DNA of 63,989 nucleotides, counting the filler, from Myxococcota bacterium (GTDB taxonomy: Bacteria; Myxococcota; Myxococcia; Myxococcales; Myxococcaceae), in assembly GCA_049322255.1 (NCBI GenBank). It is 3 parts of 3 records of this genome, joined end to end, with 100 filler letters (N's around TTAATTAATTAA, not from the genome) between each part and the next. Parts side by side here need not be neighbours in the genome. Positions count along the whole stretch, not along the records: positions 24,125 to 47,779 come from JBMORE010000062.1; 2 more parts are not named here. One strand, 5' to 3'. Both the position numbers and the translations under genes were made by a program. Shown here piece after piece: positions 27,341 to 38,020 of this stretch; the first letter of the stretch is position 1; each line of letters opens with the position of its first letter. Under the pieces are notes generated by a model, which made no database searches, was not told the DNA's origin, and worked only from the letters and a program-made list of their open reading frames with translations.

Positions 27341-28627
27341 TCATCGGAGAGCGCAGGTGCTGGTGCTCTTCCGTCGAAAGAGGAGGCAGCAGAGGGCGAA
27401 GGCGCAGCCCAAGGCATCCGTCGTGGAGCAGCCGCAGGAAGGAGATGGCTCAGCATTGGTGCCGCCGTCGCTCGTGCCCGGTCCTCCGTCGGTGGGGCCA
27501 GAAGCGCCGGCATCGGTCGGGCCTCCGTCGTTCGCGGCTCCTCCGTCCAAGCTCGGACCGCCGGATGCGTGACGGTAGACGTACGTTCGGCAAGGTCCAT
27601 CCGGGTGCTGGCCGCCGCCCAGCCCGTCGTAGGACTGGCACGCAACGAACATGATCGCGCCCAAGGGGGCGATAGGTGCTGCGATGGCATTCAGCTTGTC
27701 GAAGGAATCGCGGGCCAGCCAAAAGTTCGCTGGAGGAGCGTTCGAGCCAGACTGCTGCGTCCACACATCGGACTGGATGTCGAACGTCCAGAAAGTCTCG
27801 GTGGGTCCATCGAAGACCAAGAACACCCCGCTGACCGGGTCATAGGTGGTTTCACGTCGCACCACATCGAGCGCGACGGGTGGATCGGCCAGCTCCGTGA
27901 GGGTCCCTGCCGCATCGATTTTGCAGACGTTGCGATCCGTCCCCAAGTTTCCCCCGGCGATAAGCCCTACGTTCAAAACGGGGTTCCATTCGCCGATCTC
28001 GTGAAGACTGACCGCGCACCCCGCGGGTGGATTGAGGCCACTGAACTGGCCATTAGCGTGATTGAAGACGCGGTACCCGCCTGAATTGAGGAAATAGGTC
28101 CGGTTCAGAAGAGGGTGGTGAAGCATGCTGTTGGCGTCATCGAAGTTGTTGAACCCGGCGTTCGGCAGTGCGGTCCAAACCCCAGTGGCGAGGCTCATCT
28201 TCCACCAGGCGCCGGTGTTGGCGTGCATGTCGTAGAGCTCTCCGTTTGCCTCGGAGAGCGCCAATCCGTCGTATTGATGCGCCACGCCCGTGCCCGCCCA
28301 GTGCTGGCCAGTCTCGGGAACGAGGACCCAGGTGTTCGAGTCTTCGTCGTAGTAGACGAAGCGCGGCCCATCTCCGGGGTCGTCGCTTCCCAAGAAATAG
28401 GCTCGCCGCTGGCTGGGCGAATAGTAGAGCCCGTCTGCGTAGGGGATGATGTTCAGCACCCCTCCGCACGTAGAGCCGGGGCACTTGAGCGTGTTGGCGA
28501 TGTTGTTGGTGGTGAATTCACACCAGGTTCCAATCGCACAGCTCGCCACCGCATCGGACAGCGCCGACGCCGACGCCGAGGGGGACCAGCACAACCAGAG
28601 GAGCAGGGCCGCTCGTCGCATCCGCAT
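27341..28627 (-). CDS. Secreted beta-propeller-like protein with MYXO-CTERM sorting signal
   Basis: Signal peptide ...SASA; YDEDSNTW, SLATGVWT, FDIQSDVWT blade motifs; DGG linker; SCGCST-hydrophobic-RRK tail. Confidence 0.72.
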   Translation of the reverse strand: MRMRRAALLLWLCWSPSASASALSDAVASCAIGTWCEFTTNNIANTLKCPGSTCGGVLNIIPYADGLYYSPSQRRAYFLGSDDPGDGPRFVYYDEDSNTWVLVPETGQHWAGTGVAHQYDGLALSEANGELYDMHANTGAWWKMSLATGVWTALPNAGFNNFDDANSMLHHPLLNRTYFLNSGGYRVFNHANGQFSGLNPPAGCAVSLHEIGEWNPVLNVGLIAGGNLGTDRNVCKIDAAGTLTELADPPVALDVVRRETTYDPVSGVFLVFDGPTETFWTFDIQSDVWTQQSGSNAPPANFWLARDSFDKLNAIAAPIAPLGAIMFVACQSYDGLGGGQHPDGPCRTYVYRHASGGPSLDGGAANDGGPTDAGASGPTDGGPGTSDGGTNAEPSPSCGCSTTDALGCAFALCCLLFRRKSTSTCALR

Positions 28628-28647
28628 GAGGGAACTGTTTAGCAATT

Positions 28648-28818
28648 CTACAGCTCGGCGGGGGCCTGGGCGGCGGGTGCTTCGGCCTCGGGTCGGGTCG
28701 GGCGCTTCCTCCGCTTGAGCTCGAGCTGAATCGCCGTTGTCTCGGCGGCGCCGATGAAGATGGGCACCAGCCCCTCCTCTGCCAGCGCCATGCACAACCC
28801 GAGAGCTCGGCGCGTCAT
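28648..28818 (-). CDS. Small hypothetical protein (56 aa)
   Basis: GGAGG 5 nt before ATG 28818; fills the intergenic space; [23 protein letters not shown]... Confidence 0.45.
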   Translation of the reverse strand: MTRRALGLCMALAEEGLVPIFIGAAETTAIQLELKRRKRPTRPEAEAPAAQAPAEL

Positions 28819-28917
28819 GTCAGCCTCCAGGAGGACTTGCGCACGGCTCCTCCCCGGGCTATCGCGACGCCCAGTGCGCCGGGAACAAACCCCTCCGGCG
28901 CTCCACTTCAAAGACAC

Positions 28918-30594
<1,677 letters not shown>

Positions 30595-30612
30595 TCGACC
30601 GCGGCGTTGCCT

Positions 30613-30942
30613 TCAGACGTCGAGATCCAGAGCGAACAGGAGCGCGTCGCGGACTTCCGTCTTCCGCGCCGGGTCGAGCGAGCCAATGAATCGGCCCAGC
30701 CGATCGCGGTGAATGGCTTGAAGCTGGTCCAGCTTGGCGGCAGACGGTTCCTTGAGCCCTGCTTCAGTCCCGATGGGAACCTCCGTCGCGATGCCGCGGA
30801 CGGTGCGGGTGATAGGCGCGACGACGATCTGCGTCAGGTGCATGAGATGAGTAGAGCGGCTGAGCACGAGCGCTGGCCTCCGCTTGTCGGGAGAGCCGAG
30901 CTCTACGAACCGGATGTCGCCCCACGCTAGTCCTTCGGCCAT
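30613..30942 (-). CDS. mazF: PemK/MazF-family endoribonuclease toxin
   Basis: WGDIRFVEL..PDKRRPALVLSR...IVVAPIT...GLKEPS...DQLQAIHRDRL..FIGSL. Confidence 0.9.
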   Translation of the reverse strand: MAEGLAWGDIRFVELGSPDKRRPALVLSRSTHLMHLTQIVVAPITRTVRGIATEVPIGTEAGLKEPSAAKLDQLQAIHRDRLGRFIGSLDPARKTEVRDALLFALDLDV

Positions 30943-31157
30943 TCCCCTGCTCCCAGCCAATCGAGCTCCTCGCGCGTCAGAGGCTGCTTCTTGTAGGCAT
31001 CGATCAGGCGTCGGTCTTTCTCCCGGGCCTCCTCGGCCGCCAGATAGCTCGCGATGGCCTCGCGCACGAGCTTCGATCGATCGCGCCGGGTTCTCTTCGC
31101 AGACCGGTCCAGGGCGCCCAGGAGACGTTCATCCATGAGGATTTGTACGGCTTTCAT
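30927..31157 (-). CDS. Ribbon-helix-helix (CopG-type) antitoxin
   Basis: MKAVQILMDERLLGALD...RSKLVREAI RHH pattern; overlaps the toxin start. Confidence 0.88.
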   Translation of the reverse strand: MKAVQILMDERLLGALDRSAKRTRRDRSKLVREAIASYLAAEEAREKDRRLIDAYKKQPLTREELDWLGAGEWPKD

Positions 31158-31163
31158 ACGGAT

Positions 31164-31192
31164 AATTTATGTGTGTCTCTACCCAGGTGCAA
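31164..31192 (-). promoter_or_regulatory. Putative sigma70 promoter giving a leaderless antitoxin mRNA
   Basis: Minus strand TTGCAC-17 bp-TAAATT-6 nt-ATG; no Shine-Dalgarno. Confidence 0.6.
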
Positions 31193-31197
31193 CTCAC

Positions 31198-32673
31198 ATG
31201 GTGAACCCCATTCTTCACGGTTGCCCTGCGCTCGCCCAGGACGGTAAAGCCTGCCGCTGCGTGTTTTCTGCGAAGCAACATTTGCCATGGCTGGCGGTGG
31301 CGCTGGGGGCGGCGCTCGTCATCTCTCCGCTCTGGGTTCATGTGGACGATACCGACGCGAACCTATACCGGGTGGTGACTCGCCATATGGTCGAGGACGG
31401 CACCTGGTTCGAGCTCCGCTACCTCCCCAACGCGTATCCGGTATTTCGTGAGCACCTGCCCTTTGGACTTTGGCCCTACGCTTTCGCCCTGCGCGTGGTC
31501 GGCGAGGTGGGGTTCAATCTGGTGGCCCCGTTCTGGACCATCGCCACGCTCCTCCTCGTGGCCTGGGTGGGTCGGCGGCTGGCGGGTCATGGAGCTGCCC
31601 TCGTGGCGATGCTCGCGCTGGGTTTGAATGAGACTTTCGCTTTCAAGGGGGGAATTTCGCGACTCGACGCCCCGCTTTTGTTTTTCGCCACCGCAGCGAC
31701 CATTCCCGTCTTGCTGCGAGCCCGAGCACTTTCGATGTGGGGACTTGCCGCGCTGTGTGCTGCGCTGGCTGCGTGCATCAAGGGCCCCTTTGGTCTGCTT
31801 CCTCTCGTCGCTGCCACCACCGCCCGGGCAGTCTTGGAAGGCCCGCGAGCGGGAATACGCACGCTCGCCTGGGGCGCCGTGGCCACGGTGCTGGCCACCC
31901 TGCCCGTAGCGGGTTTTCTCGTCTGGAATCGGTATCGCGGCGACGGCACCTGGTGGGAAGGTTATGTGCAGAACCAAGTGCTGGCCTCGGCGATGGGTGC
32001 GCGCGCCGATGGCGTGTTTCAGCCTTGGTACCCCTTTGTTTCAGTCGCGGGTCGTTTCTGGCCAGGGCTCCCCTTGGCGGGATTGGCCCTTTTCCGCCTT
32101 CGCGGCTCAGAGCAGAGCTCCGTCGTTCGGCTCCTCGGCCTGATGGCCTTGCTGGTGCTCCTGGGGCTGTGCTTGCCCTCGCGCAAGGAGTGGAATCACG
32201 TGCTGGTCGCCTATCCGGCGCTGGCGCTCCTCGGAGGAGCCGGAGTGGGGCCGTGGCTAGATGACTGGCTCGCGTCTGCTTGGCGCCAGCGCGCGGTGAC
32301 GGTCGTCCTTGGACTGCTCGCGCTCCTTGGCTGGGGGGTGGCCCTCGCTGGGGGAGCTCGGTTCTTCCATCCACCCATCACCACTCCGTGCACTGAGTTT
32401 TCCAGGCGCCTCGAGACCCTCGAACCCGAAACGCCCCTCTACGTCGTGGGTGCGAATGAGTGGAGGACCATTGCCTCGTTGGCGGCGCATTGGAAGCTGT
32501 CGCCCTGGCTCGTCGAGCAACTGCCCATCGCTTCTTCCGAACAAGCGCCGCAGGCCACCTTCGCCTTCGTGGAAGCGGACCGCCTTCCCTCATCGCTGGG
32601 TCCATGGCGCGAGGTGGAACGCCACCATCGCTGGGTTCTGCTCGAGCGGCGCCCACAGAGGGCGCTTCCCTAG
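31198..32673 (+). CDS. ArnT/PMT-like (GT39/GT83) membrane glycosyltransferase
   Basis: DTDANLY...HMVEDGTW, FREHLPF, SRLDAPL, IKGPFGLLP; many TM helices; start may be GTG 31261. Confidence 0.8.
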   Translation: MVNPILHGCPALAQDGKACRCVFSAKQHLPWLAVALGAALVISPLWVHVDDTDANLYRVVTRHMVEDGTWFELRYLPNAYPVFREHLPFGLWPYAFALRVVGEVGFNLVAPFWTIATLLLVAWVGRRLAGHGAALVAMLALGLNETFAFKGGISRLDAPLLFFATAATIPVLLRARALSMWGLAALCAALAACIKGPFGLLPLVAATTARAVLEGPRAGIRTLAWGAVATVLATLPVAGFLVWNRYRGDGTWWEGYVQNQVLASAMGARADGVFQPWYPFVSVAGRFWPGLPLAGLALFRLRGSEQSSVVRLLGLMALLVLLGLCLPSRKEWNHVLVAYPALALLGGAGVGPWLDDWLASAWRQRAVTVVLGLLALLGWGVALAGGARFFHPPITTPCTEFSRRLETLEPETPLYVVGANEWRTIASLAAHWKLSPWLVEQLPIASSEQAPQATFAFVEADRLPSSLGPWREVERHHRWVLLERRPQRALP

Positions 32674-32745
32674 CTTCCGACTCGCTTGGGATGAACGGAG
32701 ACCCTCGTTGGTCAATGGCCATCGCACGGATAGCATCTGTGCCAT

Positions 32746-34926
32746 TTGAAGCTCGCGTTCGAACTGCTTGCTGCCCTGCTCGCGGCCAACAGCCCCGACG
32801 CCGGCATCCTCACTGATGGAGGAAGCGCCCGCTCGTTCGAAACCGTCGTCTCGACGACCACCGAGGGTGACAGCCTTCCCCCAGGCCGAGCGACCTCCAG
32901 CGTCAACCGGGGAGATCTCGATCGCCGGCTGCCGCGCTCCGCTCCCGATGCGCTCCGCTACGAACCGGGCGTCTTCGTGCAGCAGACGGCGCACGGCCAA
33001 GGCTCGGCCTTCATCCGCGGGTTGACCGGCCAGCAGACCTTGCTCCTCTTCGACGGCATTCGGCTCAACAACAGCACCTACCGCCAGGGCCCCAACCAGT
33101 ACTTCTTCACGCTGGATTCGCGGACCATCGAGCGCATCGACGTCCTGCGCGGCGGTGCCTCCACGCAGCTTGGCTCCGACGCGCTCGGCGGAGCCATCGC
33201 CACCTACCCACTGGAGCCGTCTTTCGACCCGCCGCGCGCGCTTCGGCCCAGCCTGTCTGCCAAGGGAGCCACCTCCGATTCCGAGCGCGGAGGACGCGTT
33301 CAACTCGATGCGCAGGTGGGACGAGTCGCGCTGCTCGCCGGAGTCGGCGGCCGCCGGGTCGGGTTGCTCCAGAGCGCGGGGCCTGTGCGAAGCCCACTCG
33401 ACGGCAGCGTCCCCGACGTTCCCCGCTTTCTTTCCGACGACCGCACCCAATTGGGCACGGGATACGACGAGCTGACCGCCGATGGCCGGCTCGTCCTCGA
33501 CCTCGCAGACTCACGCCGGCTGACGCTGGCCACGTATGCGTACCGGCAATACGGTGCACCGCGGACCGACCAGTGCCCGCCCCCGGGAGCGCGGTTCGAT
33601 GAGTGCCTGGTGTACGACGAGCAGTTTCGCACCTTGGCCTATCTGGCCTACGACGCCGGATGGGGAATTTGGGGCGAGCACGCGCGGGCGACCGTCTCGT
33701 ACCAAGCGCAGCATGAGCGGCGAAACTCGAGGCGCCCGGCGTCCTTCGTCTCCAGCCTGGGCCGCGACGATGTCGACACCTTCGGCGTCACGGCGCGCGC
33801 GACGACTCGTGCATTCGACCTCGGCGGGCGAAGGGAGCTCCAGCTCACCTATGGCGCAGACACCTATTTCGACTTAGTTCGCTCGCGCGCCTATCTCTCC
33901 TTCCTCGATACCCAGCTGACCCTCGAGCGCACCCGCGGCCAATACCTCGACGGTTCGAGCTATCTCTACGGGGGAGCGTTCGTGGACGGCGAGCTGAAGC
34001 CATTCCGCCAGTGGACCTTTCGGGCCGGCGCGCGCAGCTCGTGGATGGCGGCCCACGCCCCCGGAGATTCCGAGTCCGGCTCCACGCCCATCGACCGCGC
34101 TTGGTTTCCACTGGTCGGACACGTAGGCGCCGAGTGGACGGCGGGAAGGTGGACCCTGCTCGCACACCTCGATCGAAGCTTTCGCGCCCCCAACCTCGAC
34201 GACCTGACGTCGCGGCAGCAGACCGGGCCGGGGTTTCAGTTCGAGAACCCGGAGCTGAAACCGGAAGCGGCGGACACGGCTGAAATTGGCGCACAGCTTC
34301 GGAGCACCCTTCTGACCGCCGAATTGTGGCTGTTCCGCACCGTCCTCTCCAACGCCGTGAGCAAGGTGAGCCGCGAGGTGTCGGAGTGCCCCCGGTCGAC
34401 GCCGCAGTGTCAGACGTCGTGGTACCGCTACCAGCTCGCCAACGCCACGTCCGCCTCCAACCTCTTCGGCGCCGAAGGCTGGGCGAAAGTCCGCCTTCCC
34501 TATTTCCTTTCCGCTCGGCTGGGCATCGCCTGGGCAGTCGGTGAAGGGCCCAACCTGGCTGAGCCTCCGAGCGACCCGGCCATCTCCTACGAGGCGCGCG
34601 TGCCCCTGACGCGTGTGCCTCCGCTGAACGGGACGGCCGATGTGCAGTGGCTTCATCCTTCCGGTCTGGGCGCGGGCGCCGGTGTTCGCTGGGCGGCGAA
34701 ACAAGACCGGCTGGCGGTCGCAGACAGGTCGGACGCACGAATCCCGCCCGGAGGAACCCCCGGGTTCGCGGTGGTCGACCTGCGCGCCTCGTACCGGAGA
34801 GCAGACAGCCTCACACTGGCCCTGGTGCTCGAGAACGTTTTCGACACTCCCTACCGGTACCATGGCTCGAGTGTGAACGGCCCTGGGCGTGGCATCATCG
34901 CCTCGATAGAATTCGCACCCTTTTGA
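32746..34926 (+). CDS. TonB-dependent receptor
   Basis: Plug DALRYEPGV...FIRGL...LLFDGIRLN...IERIDVLRGGAS..GSDALGG; SFRAPNL; NPELKPE; ENVFD..Y; terminal F. Confidence 0.93.
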   Translation: MKLAFELLAALLAANSPDAGILTDGGSARSFETVVSTTTEGDSLPPGRATSSVNRGDLDRRLPRSAPDALRYEPGVFVQQTAHGQGSAFIRGLTGQQTLLLFDGIRLNNSTYRQGPNQYFFTLDSRTIERIDVLRGGASTQLGSDALGGAIATYPLEPSFDPPRALRPSLSAKGATSDSERGGRVQLDAQVGRVALLAGVGGRRVGLLQSAGPVRSPLDGSVPDVPRFLSDDRTQLGTGYDELTADGRLVLDLADSRRLTLATYAYRQYGAPRTDQCPPPGARFDECLVYDEQFRTLAYLAYDAGWGIWGEHARATVSYQAQHERRNSRRPASFVSSLGRDDVDTFGVTARATTRAFDLGGRRELQLTYGADTYFDLVRSRAYLSFLDTQLTLERTRGQYLDGSSYLYGGAFVDGELKPFRQWTFRAGARSSWMAAHAPGDSESGSTPIDRAWFPLVGHVGAEWTAGRWTLLAHLDRSFRAPNLDDLTSRQQTGPGFQFENPELKPEAADTAEIGAQLRSTLLTAELWLFRTVLSNAVSKVSREVSECPRSTPQCQTSWYRYQLANATSASNLFGAEGWAKVRLPYFLSARLGIAWAVGEGPNLAEPPSDPAISYEARVPLTRVPPLNGTADVQWLHPSGLGAGAGVRWAAKQDRLAVADRSDARIPPGGTPGFAVVDLRASYRRADSLTLALVLENVFDTPYRYHGSSVNGPGRGIIASIEFAPF

Positions 34927-34937
34927 GAAACCACACC

Positions 34938-36032
34938 ATGACACCTCGCGCTCTCTTGCTCTTCGCGGCGGTGACCGCGCTGTGTGGATGCCCCAAAGCC
35001 GATCCTCGGCCGTCCGACCTCGATGGCGGCACCGGCACCAACGCCGCAGGATTTTGCGAGCCCGCTCCGGTCTTCTCCGAGGACCTCTCCAGTTGCCAGA
35101 GCTCCGCCGACGACTACCAGCCGCGGGTGAATGCTTCGGCCAACGACGCCTGGCCGCCGTGCATCTCCGACGACGACTTCTACCACCCCATCAATCCCAG
35201 CATCTCCACCATTGGGCGCGTCGCGGCCTTCGAAGAAATCGCCCGGAAACTCTGGGAAGGGCAGCGGCGGCCCTCGGCGCAAGACTTCGTCGACGCGCGA
35301 ACGCTCTACGCGCAAGACCAGGGGCTGGACTCGCGCGTGCAGCGCCGCGAAGACATCCACTACCCAGCGCCCCCGCAGCCCTGCAGCACCGCGGGTGTCC
35401 CCGAGCAGTACCCCGACCGATGCGTCGGCCCCCAGAAGCTGCTCCCCGTCCTGAACGAGGCGTTCGCCCAAGGCTCCCAGGGCGAATCGCCACTCGTCCA
35501 AGCCGCCCGCATCGAAGCCGCGCTCCTGTGGTTTCTCTACGTCTCGGCCTTGTCGGAGGCGACCTCTTGCGCCGTCAAGCCGCAGGACTGCGACTCGAGC
35601 TGGGCGTATTACACCGGCGGAACCGCGCGCTGGGCACCGCTCGGGCTATCGCGGTACGTCCATTCGCTTGGCTCCGAGACGCACCAGCGCGCCTACGACG
35701 GGACCTTGGCGGTCCGCTGCTGGCGAAACCTCGACAACGAAACCGGTGCCGCCCAGGACCTCGTCTTACGCGACCGCGCCCGGAATCAGCTCGACCGGGC
35801 GATGCTTCGCGGCATCGCCCTCATCACGCGCGCGCGCTTTTCGGAGCTGGCGTGCTCGAAGGGCGAGGTGCTCGAGGCGCGGCGAGCGTTTCTTCAGACG
35901 CTCGTCCCGTTTCTCGATCGGTCCGCCCGAGAGCGCGATGCAGCGTCGGCCGATGCGCTGAAGGCGGCGCTGGCGGCAGAAGACAATCCCGGAGCGATCG
36001 CCGCGCTCGACCAGCTCTACCCTTGCCCCTGA
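34938..36032 (+). CDS. Cys-rich lipoprotein, possibly FEA1/IrpA/imelysin-like iron-uptake partner of the TonB receptor
   Basis: Lipobox LCGC; CDSSWAYYTGG resembles the WDxxWAFY motif of low-iron-induced periplasmic proteins; follows the TBDR. Confidence 0.6.
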   Translation: MTPRALLLFAAVTALCGCPKADPRPSDLDGGTGTNAAGFCEPAPVFSEDLSSCQSSADDYQPRVNASANDAWPPCISDDDFYHPINPSISTIGRVAAFEEIARKLWEGQRRPSAQDFVDARTLYAQDQGLDSRVQRREDIHYPAPPQPCSTAGVPEQYPDRCVGPQKLLPVLNEAFAQGSQGESPLVQAARIEAALLWFLYVSALSEATSCAVKPQDCDSSWAYYTGGTARWAPLGLSRYVHSLGSETHQRAYDGTLAVRCWRNLDNETGAAQDLVLRDRARNQLDRAMLRGIALITRARFSELACSKGEVLEARRAFLQTLVPFLDRSARERDAASADALKAALAAEDNPGAIAALDQLYPCP

Positions 36033-36095
36033 CGGCGCTGCACTCTCGGGCCGACCTGCCGTGGCGGCGATGCCGCCGTACCGCGCCACCATCGC

Positions 36096-36257
36096 CTAAG
36101 CGTCCGGGAGGCGGGCCTTCAGAACGGCGATCTCCTGCTCGCAAGGTCGGTGATGGCCGTCGCCGTCCGCATCTCGGATTCGAGGATGCGCCGGCTCAAC
36201 TCCTCGCGGAGCTCCTCGAGGCGCGAGTTGGTCTGGTCGATTCGCACCGACAGGTCG
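36096..36257 (-). pseudogene. Remnant of a small coiled-coil protein gene (5'-truncated, internal frameshift/deletion)
   Basis: Minus strand DLSVRIDQTNSRLEELREELSRRILESEMRTATAITDLA then, in a second frame, EQEIAVLKARLPDA*. Confidence 0.5.
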
Positions 36258-36281
36258 CCACGCCTGCTACCCTGGTGGGCG

Positions 36282-36896
36282 GTGCGCCCCCGTTCCATCG
36301 AAGCGAGCCTGCTTGCCGGCTCCGAGCTCTACCGCGAGGTGGTGCTCCACCGCATGGCGGCGGCGCGCGAGTCGGTGTGGATTTCCACCGCCAACGTGAA
36401 GGCGATGTTCATCGAGCGTCCCGGGGGTGCCTTCGCGCCCGTGCTCGACCTCTTCTCCGAGTTGGCCGGGCGCGGGGTGGAGCTGCGTCTGCTCCACGCC
36501 GAGCTGCCCTCGCGCCCGTTCCGCGCCGCCTTCGACCAGCGCCGCCGCCTGGTGCGCGGAGGCCTGGCGCTCAAGATTTGCCCGCGGGTGCACTTCAAGT
36601 GCGTGCTCGTCGATGGCGCTTGGGTTTACCTGGGGAGCGCCAACCTCACCGGGGCCGGGCTGGGCGCCAAGCACGAGGACAGCCGCAACTTCGAGCTGGG
36701 CATGGTGACGGAGGACTTCGGGGTGATTGACCGGGTGACGGCGCTCTACCAGTCGGTGTGGCGCGGCGACGAGTGTGTCCGCTGCCGGCTCTACGACAGC
36801 TGTCCAGATCCCATCGGCCCGAAGATGGGCCGCCCCCGTGGCGACGGCGGCCCCATCGTGCTCGGCCGCGCCCGCCGCCTATCGAGGGCCCGCTGA
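36282..36896 (+). CDS. Phospholipase D-like domain protein (single HKD)
   Basis: RVHFKCVLVDG...YLGSANLT...NFELG; C-terminal CVRC...C. Confidence 0.85.
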   Translation: MRPRSIEASLLAGSELYREVVLHRMAAARESVWISTANVKAMFIERPGGAFAPVLDLFSELAGRGVELRLLHAELPSRPFRAAFDQRRRLVRGGLALKICPRVHFKCVLVDGAWVYLGSANLTGAGLGAKHEDSRNFELGMVTEDFGVIDRVTALYQSVWRGDECVRCRLYDSCPDPIGPKMGRPRGDGGPIVLGRARRLSRAR

Positions 36897-37504
36897 TGCT
36901 GCGCGCGCTGGTGCTCGATTTGGGAAACGTGCTCGCCTTCCACGACAACGCGCTCCTCTTTCGCCGTCTGGCGGAGCGAGCGGGCAAGAGCGCCCAAGAG
37001 CTGCACCGCGCCTTCGACGGCGAGCTGGGTGAGCGCATCAACAAGGGGAAGCTGCCGGGCGATACGCTTCGTCTCGAAATCTGTCGGCGGCTGGGGATGG
37101 ACATTTCTCCGCCCGAGTTCTTCGAGCTGTGGAACTGCCACTTCACCCTCAACACGCCGATGGTATCGCTCGTCGAGTCGCTCGTGGGGCGGGTGAAGCT
37201 CTTCCTTCTCTCCAACACCCACGACCTGCACTTCGCGTGGCTGCGGCCGCGGCTGCCGGTGCTTGCGCGCTTCGACGGCCTGCTCCTCTCGTACGAGCTG
37301 GAGCTGGCCAAGCCCGAGCCGGCCATCTTCCGGGAGGCGGTGCGGCGAGCCGGCGTGGCACCGGGAGAAGTCGCCTTCTTCGACGACGTTTCGCGCTACG
37401 TGGAGGCGGCGCGGCGCGAGGGGCTGTGCGCTCACGTCTTCACCACCGTGGAGAATTTCCGCGCGCAGTTGGCGCGCGACGGTCTTGCCCTCGGCTCCCA
37501 TTGA
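36896..37504 (+). CDS. HAD-family phosphatase (YihX-like)
   Basis: LDLGNVL, LLSNT, KPEPAIF, FFDD; TGATG coupling to the PLD gene. Confidence 0.9.
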   Translation: MLRALVLDLGNVLAFHDNALLFRRLAERAGKSAQELHRAFDGELGERINKGKLPGDTLRLEICRRLGMDISPPEFFELWNCHFTLNTPMVSLVESLVGRVKLFLLSNTHDLHFAWLRPRLPVLARFDGLLLSYELELAKPEPAIFREAVRRAGVAPGEVAFFDDVSRYVEAARREGLCAHVFTTVENFRAQLARDGLALGSH

Positions 37505-37618
37505 AGTGTGCGCCAGCAAAAGCTCGTTCACGCGGAGTGTTGGCTCGCCCGGGCCAACGCCGCCCACCGTCCTTAAGACTCATCGTGAGCGCCGAGCGCA
37601 GCTGCTAAAGCCGGCGCT

Positions 37619-38014
37619 GTGGAGGCGAACGTGGAAACCGACGTGTTGGCAGAGCGGGTGTACGAGCGAGGAGAGCTGACCTTGTGCCTCAAGGAGGATG
37701 AACAGGGGGTTCACCTCGAGTGGGTGGGTCGCAGCATGGAGCTGGCTCCGTCGTCCTTCCTCCTCCCGGTGCTGACCCAAGCGGTCGCGCGCGCGAGGCA
37801 GCTACACAAGCCGCTGGTCATCGACTTCCAGAAGCTGCAGTTCTTCAACTCCTCGACCATCGGCCCGGTGGTGCAGGTGCTGGAGCAGGCGCGGCGCGGG
37901 GCACAGCAAGTCACCGTGCTCTACAAGAAGGACCACAAGCGGCAGGCGCTCTCCTTCACCGCCCTGGAGCTGTTCCGCACCGCCGACCGCCGCGTCGACG
38001 TGCGGGGGCTGTGA
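37619..38014 (+). CDS. STAS/SiaC-like small regulatory protein
   Basis: LVIDFQKLQFFNSSTIG, a STAS-like phosphoserine motif (FxxSS); start uncertain. Confidence 0.6.
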   Translation: MEANVETDVLAERVYERGELTLCLKEDEQGVHLEWVGRSMELAPSSFLLPVLTQAVARARQLHKPLVIDFQKLQFFNSSTIGPVVQVLEQARRGAQQVTVLYKKDHKRQALSFTALELFRTADRRVDVRGL

Positions 38015-38020
38015 GGCGCG

